Assembly (NCBI GenBank): GCA_032249235.1
Contig: JAVVGF010000001.1
Coordinates: 288,001-352,000, forward strand
Reading direction: 5' to 3'
DNA length: 64,000 bases
DNA from: Thermoproteota archaeon
GTDB lineage: Archaea; Thermoproteota; Thermoprotei; Gearchaeales; Gearchaeaceae
Position 1 is the stretch's first letter, and every line of letters begins with the position of its first letter. The notes under the pieces were generated by a model. It was not told where the DNA came from. It saw nothing but the letters and a program-made list of their open reading frames with translations, and searched no databases. A program made the position numbers and the translations under genes. Below, one piece after another: positions 31,529 to 41,875 of this stretch.

Positions 31529-32032
31529 TTGGGCTGGTATAGCATACTATGGTCTCCTTGGAGAGCTGAATATATAAAAAGAGTATCTAGAAATAGCAAT
31601 AAAGATTGCTTCATTTGCGAAGCTGTTAAAAATCCCAACAGCCCAGAGAATCTTACACTTCTATTAAAAGGGAATGTGATCATACTTTTGAATAAATATC
31701 CTTATAATAGTGGTCATTTAATGGTAGCACCCATAAGGCATGTGAAGAATATAGAAGATTTGACGCAAGATGAATGGACAGAAATTTCTAAGGCAATAGT
31801 TCTTTCTAAAAAGTTATTAGATGTTGCATATAAGCCTGATGGATATAATATAGGAGCAAATTTAGGCAAAGCTGCTGGAGCAGGATTAGAAGATCATCTT
31901 CATTTTCACATAGTTCCAAGATGGATTGGTGATGCTAGCTTCATGACAGTTATTGGAGCAACAAAGGTAATACCTCAATCTTTAGAAGATACTTTAAAAG
32001 AATTGAAGGAAATTTTAAAAAATCTAATCTAA
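31529..32032 (+). CDS. HIT family hydrolase (Ap4A phosphorylase-like)
   Basis: LWSPWRAEYI, CFIC, NKYPYNSGHLMV, HLHFHIVPRW. Confidence 0.92.
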   Translation: MGWYSILWSPWRAEYIKRVSRNSNKDCFICEAVKNPNSPENLTLLLKGNVIILLNKYPYNSGHLMVAPIRHVKNIEDLTQDEWTEISKAIVLSKKLLDVAYKPDGYNIGANLGKAAGAGLEDHLHFHIVPRWIGDASFMTVIGATKVIPQSLEDTLKELKEILKNLI

Positions 32033-33486
32033 GTAAAGCCTAGCAAAATGAATATCGGAGCTATACCAAGAATTATGCTAACTATCATCATTCCAATAGG
32101 AGCTGCGATTTCTAAGTTTGATGCATCTGAACTTATGATCAATTCCTCTTTCTTTCTTCCAAAAGATACCCTCTTGAGCATTTGTAAAAAGTAACATGTT
32201 GTAACGACAAGCGCTAGAAGGACAAGTACCGTTAAAGTCAAATAGAGCATACTTGAAGTTATTAAACGTATTAAACCAACAATTATTAAAAGCTCAGCTA
32301 TGAAGCCGCTTGTTCCAGGCAATCCTATATCGCCTAAAGTTGCCAGTATTAAGCTAAATGAAAACTTTGGCATGTAAGAATTCAATCCGCCCAGCTTGCT
32401 TATCAATCTTGTTCCGGTTCTTTCTTTAATTACTCCTGAAAGTATGAAAAGTGCTCCAATTATGAAACCATGACTTATCATTATAAAAATTGCTGTTGTA
32501 TACAAAAGATTAGCTATAGGAGTATTTAGCTGATTAAATGAAGTAGCAATTGCAAGCATTACTAAACTCATTTGTGTTATGCTCCCATATGCTATCATTC
32601 TTTTCAGATCATCTTGTGTCATTGCAACATAGCTTATATAAGCTGTCGAAATCGCAGCTAACAATGAAATATATATAAAATATGAATTCGCTATATCTGG
32701 TACTAGTGGATATGCAATTCTAAGCATACCATATCCTCCCATTTTGAGCAAGAGAGAAGCAAGTATTACGCTTACAGGACTAGGTGCTTCAACATGTGCA
32801 TCAGGTAACCATGTATGAAATGGAGGAATCGGCATTTTAATAGCAAATGCTATGAAGAAAGCGAAGAATATCAATGTTTTGAGAAATGTATCTAGCATTA
32901 CTATATTGGAGAAATAGGCATCGAATGAGAAGCTTTTAGCTGCATATGCATAACCTATGAATATACCTAGAAGCATTATAACACTTCCAATGTGAGTGTA
33001 TATTAAGAACTTCATAGCCGCATAATGTCTTCTCTCATCTCCCCAAATATCTATAAGGAAAAACATTGGAATCAAAACAACCTCCCAGAAAATGAAGAAA
33101 AATAAGAAATCTCTTGCTAAAAAAGTTCCAGTTATTCCTATTTGGGTTACTAAAATTAGGAAATTATAAGTTCTTATCGAATGATGAATTAAAGTCAATG
33201 AAGAAAGTGCGACAAAAAACATAACTATACCTGTTAGAAGTACTAAAGATAAGCTAACTGCATCTCCGTAAAGATATAATGAAGAATTTATAGAATTCAA
33301 GCCAGTAATGACATAATTTTCTTTTAAAATGGATTTATTGATTAAAAAATTATACCAGATATATATGCTAAGTATCATTGTAATTATAGTTGAAATTATG
33401 GTAATTAATTGAGATATTTTATCTTTGAATATTAGTGAAATTATCGAAAAAATTAATGGAACAATTATTAAATAAATCAGTATCAT
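32029..33486 (-). CDS. nuoM: NADH-quinone oxidoreductase subunit M (complex I antiporter-like)
   Basis: FFIFWEVVLIPMFFLI, AIKMPIPPFHTWLPDAHVEAP, LLKMGGYG, LPGTSGFIAE. Confidence 0.9.
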   Translation of the reverse strand: MILIYLIIVPLIFSIISLIFKDKISQLITIISTIITMILSIYIWYNFLINKSILKENYVITGLNSINSSLYLYGDAVSLSLVLLTGIVMFFVALSSLTLIHHSIRTYNFLILVTQIGITGTFLARDFLFFFIFWEVVLIPMFFLIDIWGDERRHYAAMKFLIYTHIGSVIMLLGIFIGYAYAAKSFSFDAYFSNIVMLDTFLKTLIFFAFFIAFAIKMPIPPFHTWLPDAHVEAPSPVSVILASLLLKMGGYGMLRIAYPLVPDIANSYFIYISLLAAISTAYISYVAMTQDDLKRMIAYGSITQMSLVMLAIATSFNQLNTPIANLLYTTAIFIMISHGFIIGALFILSGVIKERTGTRLISKLGGLNSYMPKFSFSLILATLGDIGLPGTSGFIAELLIIVGLIRLITSSMLYLTLTVLVLLALVVTTCYFLQMLKRVSFGRKKEELIISSDASNLEIAAPIGMMIVSIILGIAPIFILLGFT

Positions 33487-35360
33487 ATCAAGAAAACTAA
33501 AACTAAAATCAATAGGAATGAAGCAGTAGCAAATACGTAGAAAATGTATTGCTCAAGATTTCCTGTTTGAATTCTTCTTATATTATTTCCTGCTATTTTT
33601 GCAGCTTGACCAATGCCATTTACTATTCCGTCAATTATCTTATCATCGAAAAACTTTGCTGCAAGTCCTAAAATCCAGCCTGCATATTTCGCAATTCTTT
33701 CATAAACGTAATCGAAATAGTAGCCATTCTCTAAGATTTTATACAATATCTTGCCTGTGCTACTATTAACAAAACCCTTCATCCATTGAGCATTATAGTA
33801 TTGATAATATAGATAAGCTCCGCTTACCGTTATTAGAAGAACGATCAAATCTAAAAGTATCGAATTAAGTTCATTTGCTAACATTACATATTCACCTCCC
33901 AATATTGCGGGAAGGTTTGTTAATAACGCGAATATACCGAATCCGATTGTTAATATAATAAAGCCAAACATCGGTATTTTCATCGTTAAGTTTTCTGGTT
34001 CAGCTTCTTCTGCTTTCTTACTTCTTGCTTTACCTAAAAAAGTTAATTGGACAATCCTCATCCAATAAATTGCTGTGAAAAATGATGATAGAACTCCTAA
34101 AATGAAAAGCAGATTATTTTTACCAAATGCTTCTTCTAAAATTGGTTCTTTGGTAAAGAATCCGCTTAAAGGAGGAATTCCCATTATACTTAATCCTCCT
34201 AAAATCATCGAGTAATAGGCTATTTTCATTCTATTAGCTAATCCTCCCATTTCAAGCATGTTCCTTGTACCTAGTTCATGAATTACTGCTCCTGCGCTTA
34301 AAAACATTAAAGCCTTTGAAAAAGCATGTGCATATAAATGCATGATTGAACCTGAAGGTAAACCAATGCCCAATGCGAGCATCATTAAGCCCAATTGACT
34401 AATAGTTGAATATGCTAACACTTTCTTTATATCATTGGCAACTATTCCTAGAATTCCTGCATAAAGAGAAGTTACGGCTCCTATTATGCCTACAACGGCT
34501 AATGGAATTGTATCTATAGAAAACATAACGTAAAGTCTTGCAACTAAATATACGCCTGCGGCAACCATTGTGGCAGAATGAATTAACGCACTAACTGTTG
34601 TAGGTCCTTCCATCGCATCTGGCAACCATACATGCAATGGGAATTGGGCACTTTTACCAATGCTACCTCCAAAGAATAGTAGTGGTATTATTGTTGAAAG
34701 GCCTAATGCAACTAAAACTTGGTTTATTAAACCTGCTTGTATTTCTGCAACTGTGGGTAAGTATCCTAATTTAACCCATAGCAACGTAATTCCAGCTAAG
34801 AAAAATACATCACCAATCCTCGTAACTATAAATGCTTTTCTAGCTGCAGCAGCAACTTCTTCTCTTTCATGCCAAAATCCTATAAGTAAATATGATGCCA
34901 AGCCTACAAATTCCCAGAATAAATATAACATTATAAGATTATTCGATAAAACAAGCCCTTGCATCGAACCAACGAAAAATGACATCTCAGCAAAATATCT
35001 TGCAAGTCCTGGGTCTCCTTTCATATATTCAAGAGAGAATATGAATATTAGCAAGCTAACTATTGCGACAACAAGTGCTGTTGTTACGCTTAAATTATCA
35101 AGATATAATGACCAAGTCAATCCTTTAATTTCTCCAAATGAACTTTTGAAATCAGGTATTAATTGAAATCCTTCAATAACACTTTGATTTCCTGAAGCAT
35201 ATATCTCATTCGCTGTAAATATAGCAGCTAATAGAGATACAAAAACTGCTGCGATTGCTACATATCCTCCGCCCGCTTTAAGTTTTCTTCCAAATACTAA
35301 TATGAAAGGAGATATCAACAAAGGCACTAGTATTATGAGCCAAGCTATTTCTTTGATCAT
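33483..35360 (-). CDS. nuoL: NADH-quinone oxidoreductase subunit L
   Basis: WEFVGLASYLLIGFW, KAFIVTRIGD, GKSAQFPLHVWLPDAMEGPTTVSALIHSATMVAAG, QTG in the C-terminal helix. Confidence 0.93.
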   Translation of the reverse strand: MIKEIAWLIILVPLLISPFILVFGRKLKAGGGYVAIAAVFVSLLAAIFTANEIYASGNQSVIEGFQLIPDFKSSFGEIKGLTWSLYLDNLSVTTALVVAIVSLLIFIFSLEYMKGDPGLARYFAEMSFFVGSMQGLVLSNNLIMLYLFWEFVGLASYLLIGFWHEREEVAAAARKAFIVTRIGDVFFLAGITLLWVKLGYLPTVAEIQAGLINQVLVALGLSTIIPLLFFGGSIGKSAQFPLHVWLPDAMEGPTTVSALIHSATMVAAGVYLVARLYVMFSIDTIPLAVVGIIGAVTSLYAGILGIVANDIKKVLAYSTISQLGLMMLALGIGLPSGSIMHLYAHAFSKALMFLSAGAVIHELGTRNMLEMGGLANRMKIAYYSMILGGLSIMGIPPLSGFFTKEPILEEAFGKNNLLFILGVLSSFFTAIYWMRIVQLTFLGKARSKKAEEAEPENLTMKIPMFGFIILTIGFGIFALLTNLPAILGGEYVMLANELNSILLDLIVLLITVSGAYLYYQYYNAQWMKGFVNSSTGKILYKILENGYYFDYVYERIAKYAGWILGLAAKFFDDKIIDGIVNGIGQAAKIAGNNIRRIQTGNLEQYIFYVFATASFLLILVLVFLI

Positions 35361-35417
35361 ACGTGTTCATGAAATGATAATTTTCAAATTTATATCTTAC
35401 GTTGTTAAATATCGTTA

Positions 35418-36011
35418 GTGGAGGAATCTAGCTTCAAGAAAAGGCTTAGTAAGCGTTTAGCTGCATATATTCTTGTCACAATTTTGATAGGAGTAATTTT
35501 AGTAGGAATGTCATCTTTAAGGATTGCTACTAATGCAATAAATCAAGAACGAGTTCAGAACACAGAGAAAGAGCTCGCGCAAATTAGAAATCAGACTCAA
35601 GTCGAAATTTTCTTCTCAATTTTTAAAAACAATTACTTCATAGCATTGAACTTTCTCCCTCCTATAGCTGGACCAGTTTTCTTTGTTTTAGTTATGTATT
35701 CGACAGCTGAAATTTTTGCTGCTAGGTCAATTGAACTCTCTAACAACACGTTATCTCCTTATCTAATATCATTTTTATACATTTTTTCCTTAATGTTCAG
35801 CCCTACAGTATTATTTTTTGGATTCCTAGAATTTTTAGGCTATGCAATTGCTATAGCCCAAAGTTTTTATTTGATTGGATCTGCGCTAAGAACAATAAAA
35901 GAACGTCAAATCGCTATCTTTACAAATGAATTAAAATTCACTGCTTATACAGCTTTAATTATCGCATTAATATTATTACTTGCTGCTTATCTAGAATCTC
36001 TTTTAGTATAA
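35418..36011 (+). CDS. SpoIIM (stage II sporulation M)-like membrane protein
   Basis: IFKNNYFIAL, GFLEFLGY, LLLAAYLESLL motifs; multiple TM helices. Confidence 0.65.
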   Translation: MEESSFKKRLSKRLAAYILVTILIGVILVGMSSLRIATNAINQERVQNTEKELAQIRNQTQVEIFFSIFKNNYFIALNFLPPIAGPVFFVLVMYSTAEIFAARSIELSNNTLSPYLISFLYIFSLMFSPTVLFFGFLEFLGYAIAIAQSFYLIGSALRTIKERQIAIFTNELKFTAYTALIIALILLLAAYLESLLV

Positions 36012-36631
36012 TAAACTGATATTGGAAGTAATATAAATATAATTAATATGATAATGCTAGATATAACTATTATATGACTAAGTTTATTATTAATCAAGTA
36101 TATTAAAATTAAAATTTGAAAAAAAGAATATATAAATGTAAATATTCCGTCCGTCTTTTTTACTCTTATTATTCCTCTTAATTTCCTGTTATTCATTAGC
36201 AAATCTACTCCCTCAATTGTTATTGCATCCCCCATCAAATGAAGAAAATATGCGCCTATAATGGAAAACGGTATTAATAAAGACTTAAGCCAATTTATCT
36301 TAAAGTTCAAGAGCAAAATCCATATTAAAATCACGATGATTGAGAAAAATCCTAATCCGTATATAGAATGTGTTATTCCTCTATGTTTTATTTTATCTTT
36401 CTTTCTTAAAATTAACGCTAATATTATAAAAAAGAAATAAAAAATTGCACCAAGAATTTTTGATTTTCCATGTTTAGATCTATAAATGTCTATATCAGGA
36501 AAATTTGAAAATAGAAATAACATTAAAGCTGAAGCGATGATGATATTATAATCAAAGTTGTTCTGATAAAGAAAAACATATGTAGGAAGGAAAGTCATTA
36601 GATTGAATGTTAAATGATATCTTCCTAACAT
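35987..36631 (-). CDS. YdjM/YbcI-like membrane metal-dependent hydrolase
   Basis: H near the N-terminus, FPDID, HRGITHS, HLMGDAIT. Confidence 0.85.
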   Translation of the reverse strand: MLGRYHLTFNLMTFLPTYVFLYQNNFDYNIIIASALMLFLFSNFPDIDIYRSKHGKSKILGAIFYFFFIILALILRKKDKIKHRGITHSIYGLGFFSIIVILIWILLLNFKINWLKSLLIPFSIIGAYFLHLMGDAITIEGVDLLMNNRKLRGIIRVKKTDGIFTFIYSFFQILILIYLINNKLSHIIVISSIIILIIFILLPISVYYTKRDSR

Positions 36632-36660
36632 ATGAGGATTTTTATTTAAAATTTAAAGCT

Positions 36661-36715
36661 TTATCAGCTCGTCTCTTCTTCATCATTATTCAGTGGCTGC
36701 TTGCTTCATCACAAA
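36661..36715 (-). ncRNA. Box C/D guide sRNA (canonical boxes)
   Basis: Reverse strand: GTGATGA(C)-AGCAAGCAGCCA-CTGA(D')-ATA-ATGATGA(C')-AGAAGAGACGAG-CTGA(D). Two 12-nt guides give the textbook archaeal architecture. Confidence 0.92.
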
Positions 36716-36746
36716 TATTAAATATTGTTATTCCTATAAATTTCTC

Positions 36747-37682
36747 ATGGTCTATGACATAATAATAATCGGTTCTGGTCCAGCAGGATATACTGCCGCA
36801 ATTTATTGTTCGAGAGCTCTTTTAAAGACTTTGCTTATTGCAGGCTATAATTATGGTGGTCAATTAATGTTGACTACCTTAGTTGAAAATTTTCCAGGAT
36901 TTCCTGAAGGAATTTTGGGACCAGAATTGATGAAAAGAATGGAAGAGCAAGCTGAGAAATTCGGTACTGAAATAATTAAAAGGGATGTGACGAAAGTTGA
37001 TTTGGGCACAAAACCTTTCAAAATTTGGGTTGAGGATGAGCTTTATGAGGCATGGTCTTTAATAATTGCAACAGGAGCGAGACCTAGATTCCTAGGCGTT
37101 AAAGGTGAAAAAGAATTACTAGGAAGAGGAGTTTCAACTTGCGCACCATGCGATGCACCTTTTTATAAAGGAAAGGAAGTCATCGTTGTAGGTGGAGGTG
37201 ATAGTGCTATGGAAGAAGCATTGGAATTAACTAAGCATGCTAGTAAGGTTACAATAGTTCATAGGAGAGATCAGTTCAGAGCACAAAAAATATTGCAAGA
37301 AAGAGTCTTTAAGAATCCGAAAATAGAAATAAAGTGGTCTCATGTTGTTGAAGAAATCGTAGGTAAAAATAAAGTTGAAGGTGTAATATTACGAGATCTT
37401 AAGAGTAATAATAGTTATTTCTTTAAATGTGATGGTGTTTTTATAGCAATCGGTTATGAACCTAATACTGAATTGTTTAAAGGTCAAGTAGAAATGGATG
37501 AAAAAGGCTATATAAAAGTCAAAGAATTTACAAAAACAAACATCGAAGGTGTGTTCGTAGCAGGAGAAGCTACAGATTATATTTATAGACAAGCAATAAC
37601 TGCAGCAGGTGATGGATGCAAAGCAGCTTTGGATGCTATTAAATACATTGATGAATTAAAGTCAAAGAAAATTATTACTTGA
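36747..37682 (+). CDS. trxB: Thioredoxin reductase (start revised to ATG 36747)
   Basis: IIGSGPAGYTAA, GGQL, ENFPGF, GVSTCAPCD (CxxC), GGGDSAMEEA, RQAITAAGDG. Confidence 0.95.
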   Translation: MVYDIIIIGSGPAGYTAAIYCSRALLKTLLIAGYNYGGQLMLTTLVENFPGFPEGILGPELMKRMEEQAEKFGTEIIKRDVTKVDLGTKPFKIWVEDELYEAWSLIIATGARPRFLGVKGEKELLGRGVSTCAPCDAPFYKGKEVIVVGGGDSAMEEALELTKHASKVTIVHRRDQFRAQKILQERVFKNPKIEIKWSHVVEEIVGKNKVEGVILRDLKSNNSYFFKCDGVFIAIGYEPNTELFKGQVEMDEKGYIKVKEFTKTNIEGVFVAGEATDYIYRQAITAAGDGCKAALDAIKYIDELKSKKIIT

Positions 37683-38323
37683 TGAAAAAAGCAATCTTAA
37701 TAGATATCGATGATTGTATTTTAAATACGATAAAAAGAAAAAAAGCAATATTTGAATTTCTATTGAATAAAAAAGTTCCTGCTTCAGAGATAATAGGCAA
37801 AAGGACAGCTGAAATACTAAGCAAGTATGTTTCGATTGAGAAAGTTTCTGAATATAGATTTAAATTCTGGAGTATTGCGCTCTGCGTAGATCCTATAGGA
37901 GAGAAGTTTTTATATTTGGATGAACCTGAACCTTATGCAAGACATATTCTAAGAAAGTTATCAAAAAAATATGAAATTTTTTATATAACAAATAGATTAG
38001 TATCAATGCAAAAATATACAGAATTAACTTTAAAGAGATATAATTTTCCAAAATATTGGAATATAATATCTGCCGATGATTATACTTTTTTTAAAAATGA
38101 AAATGGAAGGAAAACAATAATTAAAAAATTGCCATCAGAATATGAATATGCAGTTGTAGTTGATGATTTACCTGAAAATTATATTTATTATAAACAAATA
38201 GGCATAAAAAATATAATAGGTTATATGAAATACATAGTCTTAGACGAAAAGTTATTCTATGAACATGGGGCGAGTCTTGTCATTAAAAGTTGGAAAGAAT
38301 TCCCGTTGAAAGATTTCTTATAG
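37682..38323 (+). CDS. HAD-superfamily hydrolase
   Basis: LIDIDDCILNT motif I, ITNR motif II, VVDD motif IV. TGATG coupling to trxB. Confidence 0.8.
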   Translation: MKKAILIDIDDCILNTIKRKKAIFEFLLNKKVPASEIIGKRTAEILSKYVSIEKVSEYRFKFWSIALCVDPIGEKFLYLDEPEPYARHILRKLSKKYEIFYITNRLVSMQKYTELTLKRYNFPKYWNIISADDYTFFKNENGRKTIIKKLPSEYEYAVVVDDLPENYIYYKQIGIKNIIGYMKYIVLDEKLFYEHGASLVIKSWKEFPLKDFL

Positions 38324-38370
38324 AAGAAAAGCTAGAAAGTTATTTAAATTAGTCATTTTTTATTTTCTTA

Positions 38371-38895
38371 ATGAAAATCCTCTTCCTGCTAGGCGAAGGT
38401 TTTGAAGATATAGAATTCTATTATCCGTATTACAGATTGATCGAAGAAGGTTTCAATGTAATAGTTGCAGGCAAAAGCAAATCAAAGATAACAGGGAAAA
38501 GAGGTTATAGCTTTGAACCGCATATAACCTTTGATGAAGTGAAGCCTGAAGAGTATGATGCTCTCGTTATTCCTGGTGGTAAGTCTCCTGCAAATATAAG
38601 AGATGATCCGAATGTACAAAAGATTGTCAAATATTTCATGCAAAATTCAAAGCCTGTAGCTGCGATATGCCATGGGCCTCAAGTTTTAGTCTCAGCAGGA
38701 GTTGTAAAAGGTAGAAAATTGACATCTTGGTATGAAGTTTCTAAAGAAATAGTAGCAGCAGGAGGCGAATATATGAATAGCGAAGTTATTATCGATGGAA
38801 ATCTCATAACTTCTAGGCATCCAGGCGATTTGCCTTTTTTCGCTAGAGAGCTGATAAAAGCTTTGAAGAAAAAATTGGTAGAGGTCCAGAGATAA
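38371..38895 (+). CDS. pfpI: PfpI/DJ-1 family protease/deglycase
   Basis: FEDIEFYYP, IPGG, AAICHGPQ, ITSRHPGDL. Confidence 0.92.
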   Translation: MKILFLLGEGFEDIEFYYPYYRLIEEGFNVIVAGKSKSKITGKRGYSFEPHITFDEVKPEEYDALVIPGGKSPANIRDDPNVQKIVKYFMQNSKPVAAICHGPQVLVSAGVVKGRKLTSWYEVSKEIVAAGGEYMNSEVIIDGNLITSRHPGDLPFFARELIKALKKKLVEVQR

Positions 38896-39648
38896 TTGGG
38901 AGACATAAAATTTAGAATAGCTCATATCTCAGATACTCATATAAGCGATTTTGGTCAATATGTTGATAGCGTATTTGAAGAAGGCGTAAAGCTCGTAAAT
39001 AAACTAGATCCTAAACCAAATATTATAGTTCATTCAGGCGATTTAACTGATAATGGCGTATTATCAGAATATAAGCTTGCTCTTGATAAAATGTCAGAGT
39101 TTGATCAAAGAATGGTAATAACAACTGGAAATCATGATCAAAGGAATTTCGGTAATTCTTTGTTTGACGAGTTTATAGGCAAATTGGACTATGAAATTAG
39201 GATAGACGATTTCCAATTTTTAATAATAAATAGTGCACAGCCAGATAGGGATGAAGGTAGAATAGGTAGGAGAAGAATGGAATGGATATCTAACACTTTG
39301 GCTAAAGACAAAATAAAAATCTTGGTTTTTCATCATCACTTGATACCTGTACCGCATTCAGGAAGAGAAGCAAATGTGTTGGAGGATGCAGGAGATATTC
39401 TTGAGATGGCTATAAGAAATAAAGTTCATTTAGTGTTGATGGGGCATAGACATGTTAGGAATGTTATAAAAGTTGAGGATCTAATATTAGTAAACGCTGG
39501 AACATTTTCATGTAGAAGAACCAGAGGAAAATTTGGTTATTCTTTTAATTTAATTGATATAACTGAAGAAAATGAAGTATGCGTACAAGAAGTTTCGATA
39601 GATTATAACAAAACAACTTTATTAAAGAAATATAGCTTGAGATTTTAA
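38896..39648 (+). CDS. Calcineurin-like metallophosphoesterase (Icc/CpdA-like)
   Basis: HISDTH, SGDLTD, GNHD, HHH, GHRH motifs all intact. Confidence 0.9.
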   Translation: MGDIKFRIAHISDTHISDFGQYVDSVFEEGVKLVNKLDPKPNIIVHSGDLTDNGVLSEYKLALDKMSEFDQRMVITTGNHDQRNFGNSLFDEFIGKLDYEIRIDDFQFLIINSAQPDRDEGRIGRRRMEWISNTLAKDKIKILVFHHHLIPVPHSGREANVLEDAGDILEMAIRNKVHLVLMGHRHVRNVIKVEDLILVNAGTFSCRRTRGKFGYSFNLIDITEENEVCVQEVSIDYNKTTLLKKYSLRF

Positions 39649-40593
39649 TTAAAATTTTGATAATATTTCATAAACTTTTTTGGCATAATCTTCTTTAATT
39701 TTTTCTTCATCAAACATTAGTAAAATGGTTCCTAAAATTGGCTTAACTTCCAATATTTTTATTTTTATATTATTCAATTTCTTTTTAATTTCTTCCTCGA
39801 CTAAATTAACGTAGAATAAATTTTTTGTCAACCCTCCTGTCAAATAGACTTCATTCCATCCTGTTTTTTCATGAATTACTTTGACGCATTCTGCTACTTG
39901 CTCAGCTTCATTTTTTAAAATTTTTAATATCTCTTCATCCTCCATTGCTTTTTGAATTATAAAAGGCGCAAGTTTAGCAATATCTTCATTATTCATTTTA
40001 GTGTAAACAATACTAGCTAAATCGCTAGGATTCTTTATTTTTAGTCTTTCAAATATTTCATCTTGTGTTTTAATTTTAGATAATCTACCATCATATCCTT
40101 TTAAAATTCTAGAAAAAGTTTTAATTACGATTCTATAAGCACTTCCTTCATCGCCTAGTAAATGACCCCAATTGCATGCTCTGATATAATTTCCCTTATT
40201 ATCGTATGCAGCTACCAAAGAACCTGTTCCTAATATTACTATTATTCCTTTATTTCCTCTCGTTGCTGCATAAAGCGCAGCTTCTCCATCATGGATTACG
40301 CGTAATTTTGCGAAAAGATCAAGTTTAGCTAGTTCTGATATCATCGTTTCATAATCTAGAGGGCTATTAATTCCTGCAAGTGCAATGCATGCATAATCAA
40401 CAGGAGGCTCAATATTCACAGCTGTGCAAGCTTGAATTGTAGCTTTTTCGATGTTTCTAATGGCTTTTTTTATTCCAACAGTTTGATAATTCGAAGGACC
40501 GCTATAAGCAAGAGCTATTTTCTCAGCATTCTCGTTAGTTATACATGCTTCTGTCTTCGTTGCACCTCCATCAATACCTAGAAACCATTTCAT
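39649..40593 (-). CDS. BadF/BadG/BcrA/BcrD-type sugar kinase (N-acetylglucosamine kinase-like)
   Basis: GIDGGATKT, HDGEAAL, ILGTGS, WGHLLGDEGSAY, TGG. ATG 40593 preferred. Confidence 0.88.
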   Translation of the reverse strand: MKWFLGIDGGATKTEACITNENAEKIALAYSGPSNYQTVGIKKAIRNIEKATIQACTAVNIEPPVDYACIALAGINSPLDYETMISELAKLDLFAKLRVIHDGEAALYAATRGNKGIIVILGTGSLVAAYDNKGNYIRACNWGHLLGDEGSAYRIVIKTFSRILKGYDGRLSKIKTQDEIFERLKIKNPSDLASIVYTKMNNEDIAKLAPFIIQKAMEDEEILKILKNEAEQVAECVKVIHEKTGWNEVYLTGGLTKNLFYVNLVEEEIKKKLNNIKIKILEVKPILGTILLMFDEEKIKEDYAKKVYEILSKF

Positions 40594-40632
40594 ATAATTA
40601 CACAAATACTTTACTATAATTGATTGATTTTA

Positions 40633-40704
40633 AGCCGGGAGGGGGATTCGAACCCCCGTGAAACGGCTCTGCAGGCCGCCGCATAACCTCTATGCTATCC
40701 CGGC
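40633..40704 (-). tRNA. tRNA-Cys(GCA), intronless
   Basis: Reverse strand: acceptor GCCGGGA/TCCCGGC+T (U73), anticodon arm GCGGC-CTGCAGA-GCCGT, T-arm GGGGG-TTCGAAT-CCCCC. Confidence 0.95.
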
Positions 40705-40759
40705 TTCTTCCAAATTAAAAAAGAATGGAAGAGGTTAATAATTTTTTTGATCGGAATAG

Positions 40760-41875
40760 TTACGCGACTTTATTGCTCAATTCTTTAAATATTTTAATTA
40801 AATCACTTATTTGAGCATTAGTTTTGATTCCTTTGCTATAGAAATGTGTTCTACCAGCTAAGAATCCCATTTCTTTTAACTTAACTATCACATCTCCAAT
40901 TTTTGGTTCATTAGTTTTTAGTTTACTTGCCAGGCTATCAAGCGTATAGAAAAAAGGAGGCTTTTCAATTTCTTGTTCTATAAACTCTATAAGTTCTCTC
41001 GCTTCAAATGAAATCTCTTTATTTTTCATGTTTTCAACAATTTCTTTATCGTAGATTTCTCCAAGCCATAAAGGCCCTGCAATTTGAGTTTTCTCTCCAC
41101 AATTTTCGCATATTTTGTTTATTTCTTTAAAGTCGAATATGTTTTTTCTCCATAAACAGTTTTGACAGTATTCTACATAGCCAATTTTAGCCAATATTGG
41201 GTCAACTTTACTTACGCTTACATACATTCGAAAATACACTCTCAAGTAATGTTTTGTCGCATGTGCAAAAACAGGTTCTAGTGCTAGTTCATTTGCGCTT
41301 GCAATTCTAATGCATGCTGCAATCAATATTCTAACCCCTATTTCTTTTGAAAATTCATTTTTTAAAGGGTGTGCAAAATATCTTCTCAAACAAGCCCTTC
41401 TAGCAACACCATATAGAGCAGCTGTATCTGTAGCTGCAATAGCGAGATAACCTTTATGCGCTAAGCTTCTCAAAGCAGGCTGTATGTAGTATATCGGAGA
41501 TCCAAAAGGATCTACATCTATGAAATCGAACCTTTTTCCTTTATATGCATGCTCTTCGAGCAACAAATTTGCATCTTTATTTTCTGCTTCAGCAATATTC
41601 TCTAACCCATTAATTTTGATGTTTTCCAAAATGTTTTCGTATGCAACCTTCAATTTATCGTTAAGTAAAATTTTCTCCACAGCTTCGGTTTCTAAAACAT
41701 ATCTAATTCCCCTTACTCCGGTAGCTGATAAAGGTTCGCATATTCTTAACTTTCTATTCATCTTTTTAAAAATAGAATCCAAAAAAGCAACTCCTATGTC
41801 CCTAGACAATTTCGCTTCAGGATTGTAGAATACTCCTTCTCTAACGATGATTTTTGCTTTACCTTCTTCTATCAT
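40760..41875 (-). CDS. trm1: tRNA (guanine26-N2)-dimethyltransferase
   Basis: VFYNP, SATGVRGIRY, DVDPFGSP, ATDTAAL, EIGVRIL, CxxC..CxxC, AGPLWLG, RTHF. Confidence 0.95.
   Translation of the reverse strand: MIEEGKAKIIVREGVFYNPEAKLSRDIGVAFLDSIFKKMNRKLRICEPLSATGVRGIRYVLETEAVEKILLNDKLKVAYENILENIKINGLENIAEAENKDANLLLEEHAYKGKRFDFIDVDPFGSPIYYIQPALRSLAHKGYLAIAATDTAALYGVARRACLRRYFAHPLKNEFSKEIGVRILIAACIRIASANELALEPVFAHATKHYLRVYFRMYVSVSKVDPILAKIGYVEYCQNCLWRKNIFDFKEINKICENCGEKTQIAGPLWLGEIYDKEIVENMKNKEISFEARELIEFIEQEIEKPPFFYTLDSLASKLKTNEPKIGDVIVKLKEMGFLAGRTHFYSKGIKTNAQISDLIKIFKELSNKVA

Noticed and set aside
36693-36746. N-terminal extension of trxB from GTG 36693 (ORF track)
   Set aside because: It overlaps the antisense C/D sRNA and promoter region. 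Homology starts at MVYDIIIIGSG (ATG 36747).
40704-40735. Hairpin CTTCTTCCA...TGGAAGAG between trm1 and tRNA-Cys
   Set aside because: It is short, has a long A-rich loop and occurs once. It cannot be distinguished from chance or a simple terminator/leader.
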